Shown: positions 28,506 through 32,000 of the stretch, in pieces
How positions within the stretch are numbered: position 1 is the first letter of the stretch
Layout: every line of letters begins with the position of its first letter
Assembly (NCBI RefSeq): GCF_000091665.1
Contig: NC_000909.1
Span: 1,247,459-1,279,458, forward strand
DNA from: Methanocaldococcus jannaschii DSM 2661
GTDB taxonomy: Archaea > AGJL01 > Methanococci > Methanococcales > Methanocaldococcaceae
Direction: 5' to 3'
DNA length: 32,000 nucleotides
Translations under genes and position numbers: made by a program
The notes under the pieces: model-generated
The model's input: the letters and a program-made list of their open reading frames with translations, nothing else
Told to the model about the DNA's origin: nothing
The model's database searches: none

Positions 28506-29609
28506 ATGGGAATTGAAGAAGAAATTAGAAGGATAGAAGAAGAATTAAAAAAGACACCATATAACAAAGCCACACAGAAACACATTGGTAGGTTAAAGGC
28601 TAAATTAGCTAAGTTGAGAGAGCAGGCTCAGAGTAGAGGGGGAGGTGGAGGAGGAAAGGGCTATGCTGTAAAGAAAAGTGGAGACGCTACAGCTGCCTTT
28701 GTAGGATTTCCATCTGTTGGGAAATCAACCCTGCTAAATAAATTAACAAATGCTAAATCGGAAGTTGGGGCTTATGCTTTCACTACTTTAACAATTGTTC
28801 CAGGTATATTAGAATATAAGGGAGCTAAAATTCAGCTTTTAGATGCTCCTGGAATTATTGTTGGTGCTTCATCAGGGAAAGGTAGGGGGACAGAGGTTTT
28901 ATCTGCAGTAAGAAGTGCTGATTTGATTTTATTAACAGTTGATATCTACACATTAGACCACCTACCAGTGCTTGAAAAAGAACTCTACAATGTTGGAATT
29001 AGATTAGACCAAACTCCTCCAGATGTTAAAATCAAAGTTAAGGAGAGAGGAGGGATTAACGTTAGTTCAACCGTTCCATTAACCCATATCGATGAAGATA
29101 CAATTGAAGCAATATTAAATGAATATAGGATACACAACGCAGATGTTGTTATAAGGGAGGATATAACCTTAGAGCAGTTTATTGATGTTGTAGCTGGAAA
29201 CAGAGTTTATATCCCTTCTTTGGTGGTAGTTAATAAGATAGACTTAGCTGATGAGGAGTATCTAAAATATATAAAACAAAAGTTAGAGGAATTTGGTAAG
29301 GATTATATCTTAGTTTCTGGTAACAAAGGAATTAACTTGGATTTATTGAAAGAGAAAATCTATGAGAAATTGGGTTTTATAAAGATTTATCTAAAACCAC
29401 AGGGGAAAAAGCCAGACTTTGATGAACCACTAATTATGAGAAGAGGAGCTACTGTAAAAGATGTTTGTGAAAAACTGCATAAAGATTTCGTTAGAAATTT
29501 CAGGTATGCCCAAGTTTGGGGGAAGTCAGCAAAGCATCCAGGGCAGAGAGTTGGATTAGACCATAAATTAGAGGATGGAGACATTTTAACAATTGTCATA
29601 AAGAGATAA
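28506..29609 (+). CDS. DRG-family GTP-binding protein with TGS domain
   Basis: GFPSVGKSTLLNKLTNAKSEVGAYAFTTLTIVPGILEYKGAKIQLLDAPGII. Start revised to MGIEEEIRRIEEEL at 28506. Confidence 0.95.
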   Translation: MGIEEEIRRIEEELKKTPYNKATQKHIGRLKAKLAKLREQAQSRGGGGGGKGYAVKKSGDATAAFVGFPSVGKSTLLNKLTNAKSEVGAYAFTTLTIVPGILEYKGAKIQLLDAPGIIVGASSGKGRGTEVLSAVRSADLILLTVDIYTLDHLPVLEKELYNVGIRLDQTPPDVKIKVKERGGINVSSTVPLTHIDEDTIEAILNEYRIHNADVVIREDITLEQFIDVVAGNRVYIPSLVVVNKIDLADEEYLKYIKQKLEEFGKDYILVSGNKGINLDLLKEKIYEKLGFIKIYLKPQGKKPDFDEPLIMRRGATVKDVCEKLHKDFVRNFRYAQVWGKSAKHPGQRVGLDHKLEDGDILTIVIKR

Positions 29610-29617
29610 TGCATTAA

Positions 29618-30355
29618 ATGGTGGTAAAATTGGTTAATAACGAACTTAAAATTTTATCGGGAAAATTAAGAGATATATTTAGGGAAATTTATAATAAAAT
29701 AAAAAATGATGAGAATATTAACGATAGAAATTTGGACGATAAGGTTTTAAGTTTATTAAAAGACTATACAATCTCTGAAGAAAACTTAAAAATTAAATTT
29801 TCTGAACCAAAGGATGAAATATATTCCTATGAAGGTAGAAGGACACCTTATGATTTATTATGCTATGGAATAATAAATGGAAAGAATTTTTTAATATTCA
29901 TAAACAATAAATTTGGTGATTTAAAAAGTAATACAAGAAACGATGTAACAACATACAATAACCTCTTACGTTTATATTTGGGCATAAAACGGCAGAGATT
30001 AACGTCAGAAATAACCATAAATGGAGAATTGGTCTATAATAGAATTTCAGGTAATGAAATTGTATCTTATGGAATTTTTGTTGTTGATAAGTATAGAAGA
30101 GGATACAAATTTTTCTTATTAGAAGAGATTAAGGACGATTTTTATGTTAATCCAAGAAATAACATGTTTCAGATAAGGTATAGCCCAAATCTTGGTGACC
30201 CAATAGATTACTTTGCTTTTGTTAAAAAACTTATAGATGCAATTTTAGAATCTTTAGAAAAGTCATTAAATTCAATAAAAACAGAAATTCTTGTCTTGAA
30301 CTCAATAAAAATCCAACTGATTAATATTAAAGAGGGCAAACATGGAGAAGATTAG
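29618..30355 (+). CDS. Putative type II restriction endonuclease (MJ1327-like)
   Basis: 245 aa protein overlapping an adenine methyltransferase gene by 14 nt. The call rests mainly on genomic context and recalled Mja R-M annotations; catalytic motif not confidently assigned. Confidence 0.6.
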   Translation: MVVKLVNNELKILSGKLRDIFREIYNKIKNDENINDRNLDDKVLSLLKDYTISEENLKIKFSEPKDEIYSYEGRRTPYDLLCYGIINGKNFLIFINNKFGDLKSNTRNDVTTYNNLLRLYLGIKRQRLTSEITINGELVYNRISGNEIVSYGIFVVDKYRRGYKFFLLEEIKDDFYVNPRNNMFQIRYSPNLGDPIDYFAFVKKLIDAILESLEKSLNSIKTEILVLNSIKIQLINIKEGKHGED

Positions 30356-31914
30356 CTTTGTTGAAACTCCAAAAGAAATAGCTGAATTAATGATAAATCT
30401 TTCTACAATCCCAAAAAATGGATTAGTGTTAGACACTGGATGCGGAAAAGGAATATTTTTAGAGGTATTAAGAGAATTTGGATACAAAAATTGTGTGGGT
30501 ATTGAAATAGATAAAGATTTATACAACCACTGCAAGGCAAAATTTGATGAATTTGAGATAATTTTAGGAGATTATTTAAGCTATAACTTTAAAGAAAAAT
30601 TTGATTTAATTATTGGAAATCCTCCCTATGCCCATTTCAACAGTCTTCCAGAATTTATAAAAAAAGAAGTAAAACGGATTATAGGCACAAGTGAGGGGGA
30701 CATTTATTATGCTTTCATTATAAAATCAATAAATCTTTTAAAAGATGGTGGAGAGTTGATTTATATTGTTCCATATCACTTTTTTTATAACACATATGCA
30801 AAAATTGTAAGAGACAACATTCTAAAACATGGAAAATTGGAAATAATTATTGATTTGGATGAAGTTAGGCTATTTAAAAATGAAAATCCTGAAACAATAA
30901 TATTTAAGTTTAAAAAAGGAGAATTTAACCACAAATCTGAAAAAATTGATGTTATTAGAATTATCTCAAAAAAAGTTAAATTAAAAGAGATAAAAGAAAA
31001 AGCTATTAATGTGTTAAATGCAAAAAAATCAAACGATATTTTTGAATACATGGAAATTCCTCATTACACTACACCAGAAACCTTGGTCTACCTTTTTTAC
31101 AAAAATCCCAGATTTTCCTCATGTGTTATTAAAGGATATAGCAAAAGTTGGAGTGGGCTTAGTTTCTGGATTTGATGAGGCATTTTTATTAAATGAAGAT
31201 GACATCTCAAAGCTAAATGAAGATGAAAAACAACTTATAAAAAATTTTGTTAAGGCAAAAAACTGTAAAAGGTTTGTAGTTGAGGGATTTGTTCAATATA
31301 TATTAATTGAAGACAACCTAAAAGATGAAGAAATATTTAAAACCAAATATCCAAACATATATAAAAAATTGTTGAAGTTTAAAGACAGAATGGAGAATAG
31401 ATACCTTCCAAAAAACAAAAAATGGTTTAATTGGCAGGCATTGAGAAACTATAAATTTTTAATAAAAAATCTAAATAAAAAACGAATATATGTTCCAACT
31501 TTAGACAGAAAACCATATAATAGGTTTAGTTTAGGAGATGATGAACTATTACCTTCAGGAGACGTTATATTTATCCAACCCTACAACGATGATGACATAT
31601 ACTTTTTGTTAGGATATTTGAACAGCTCATTTTTTAGAAATTATTATCTTGCAAATGGTGGAAGAAGAGGAGGGAGAGTGGCATTTACACAAAAGTTGTT
31701 AGAGAATGCAAAAATTCCCACGTTCTCAGATGAAGTTAAGGAGAAAATAAAAAATATAGTCAAGGATATTATCTACAACTTAAAAAATGGGAAAGATATT
31801 GAAAACTTAGAAAGACAAATTGATTATATTATAGTTTCAGCAATAAATAACAATCAATTTAAAGGTTATCAAACAACACTAAAAAACTTATTAAAACCAA
31901 AACTTAAAGGATGA
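30342..31914 (+). pseudogene. Type II N6-adenine DNA methyltransferase, apparently frameshifted (30342..31175 plus 31018..31914)
   Basis: SAM motif VLDTGCGKGIFLEVLREFG, catalytic NPPY (IIGNPPYAHF). C-terminal target-recognition region continues in the next frame as PDFPHVLLKDIAKVGVGLVSGFDEAFLL.... Frame change probably within about 31091-31112. Confidence 0.75.
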
Positions 31915-31918
31915 AAGT

Positions 31919-32000
31919 ATGGAGATTGAAGGGTATGAAAAGATTATAGAGGCAGGGAAAATAGCATCTAAAGTCAGAGAGGAGGCCGTAAAATTAATAA
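31919..32000 (+). CDS. map: Methionine aminopeptidase N-terminus, truncated by window end
   Basis: Hand translation MEIEGYEKIIEAGKIASKVREEAVKLI matches the archaeal MAP N-terminus; the catalytic domain is outside the window. Confidence 0.72.
   Translation, partial: MEIEGYEKIIEAGKIASKVREEAVKLI

Noticed and set aside
28382-28585. Minus-strand 67-aa ORF upstream of the DRG GTPase gene
   Set aside because: Overlaps the upstream region and start of the strongly supported GTPase and has no recognisable domain; likely spurious.

Overview
This window is archaeal, AT-rich and gene-dense. Its content and order match the region I recall as about MJ1300-MJ1329 of Methanocaldococcus jannaschii. The CRISPR repeat differs from the M. 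jannaschii repeat I remember, so a sister species is likely. Main contents, left to right: 3' part of bioA; an archaeal P-loop ATPase; a minus-strand Ehb energy-converting hydrogenase segment (ehbL, a 13-14 cluster polyferredoxin ehbK, and Mrp/Nuo-like membrane subunits) with a HEPN/nucleotidyltransferase pair embedded in it; a TIM-barrel protein; a radical SAM protein; an AcnX-type dehydratase; cobD/cbiB; a Clp1-like polynucleotide kinase; an MJ1316-type (UPF0248) protein; an MFS transporter; an S16 Lon-like protease; an NSS transporter with an unlisted 41-aa MetS-like small subunit; a 10-repeat CRISPR array without cas genes; a tight mre11-rad50-argonaute-PIN gene block; MobB; ArsR; a DRG GTPase; a type II R-M locus with an apparently frameshifted methyltransferase; and the start of map. 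The most unusual signal is a dispersed family of small multi-hairpin palindromic elements with the shared motif CYTATTGGKATACYCC. Copies are near 1198-1371, 1907-2016 (in-frame inside the ATPase gene), 10818-10914 and 28235-28306. Three of the four are bracketed by 21-60 bp direct duplications of host sequence.
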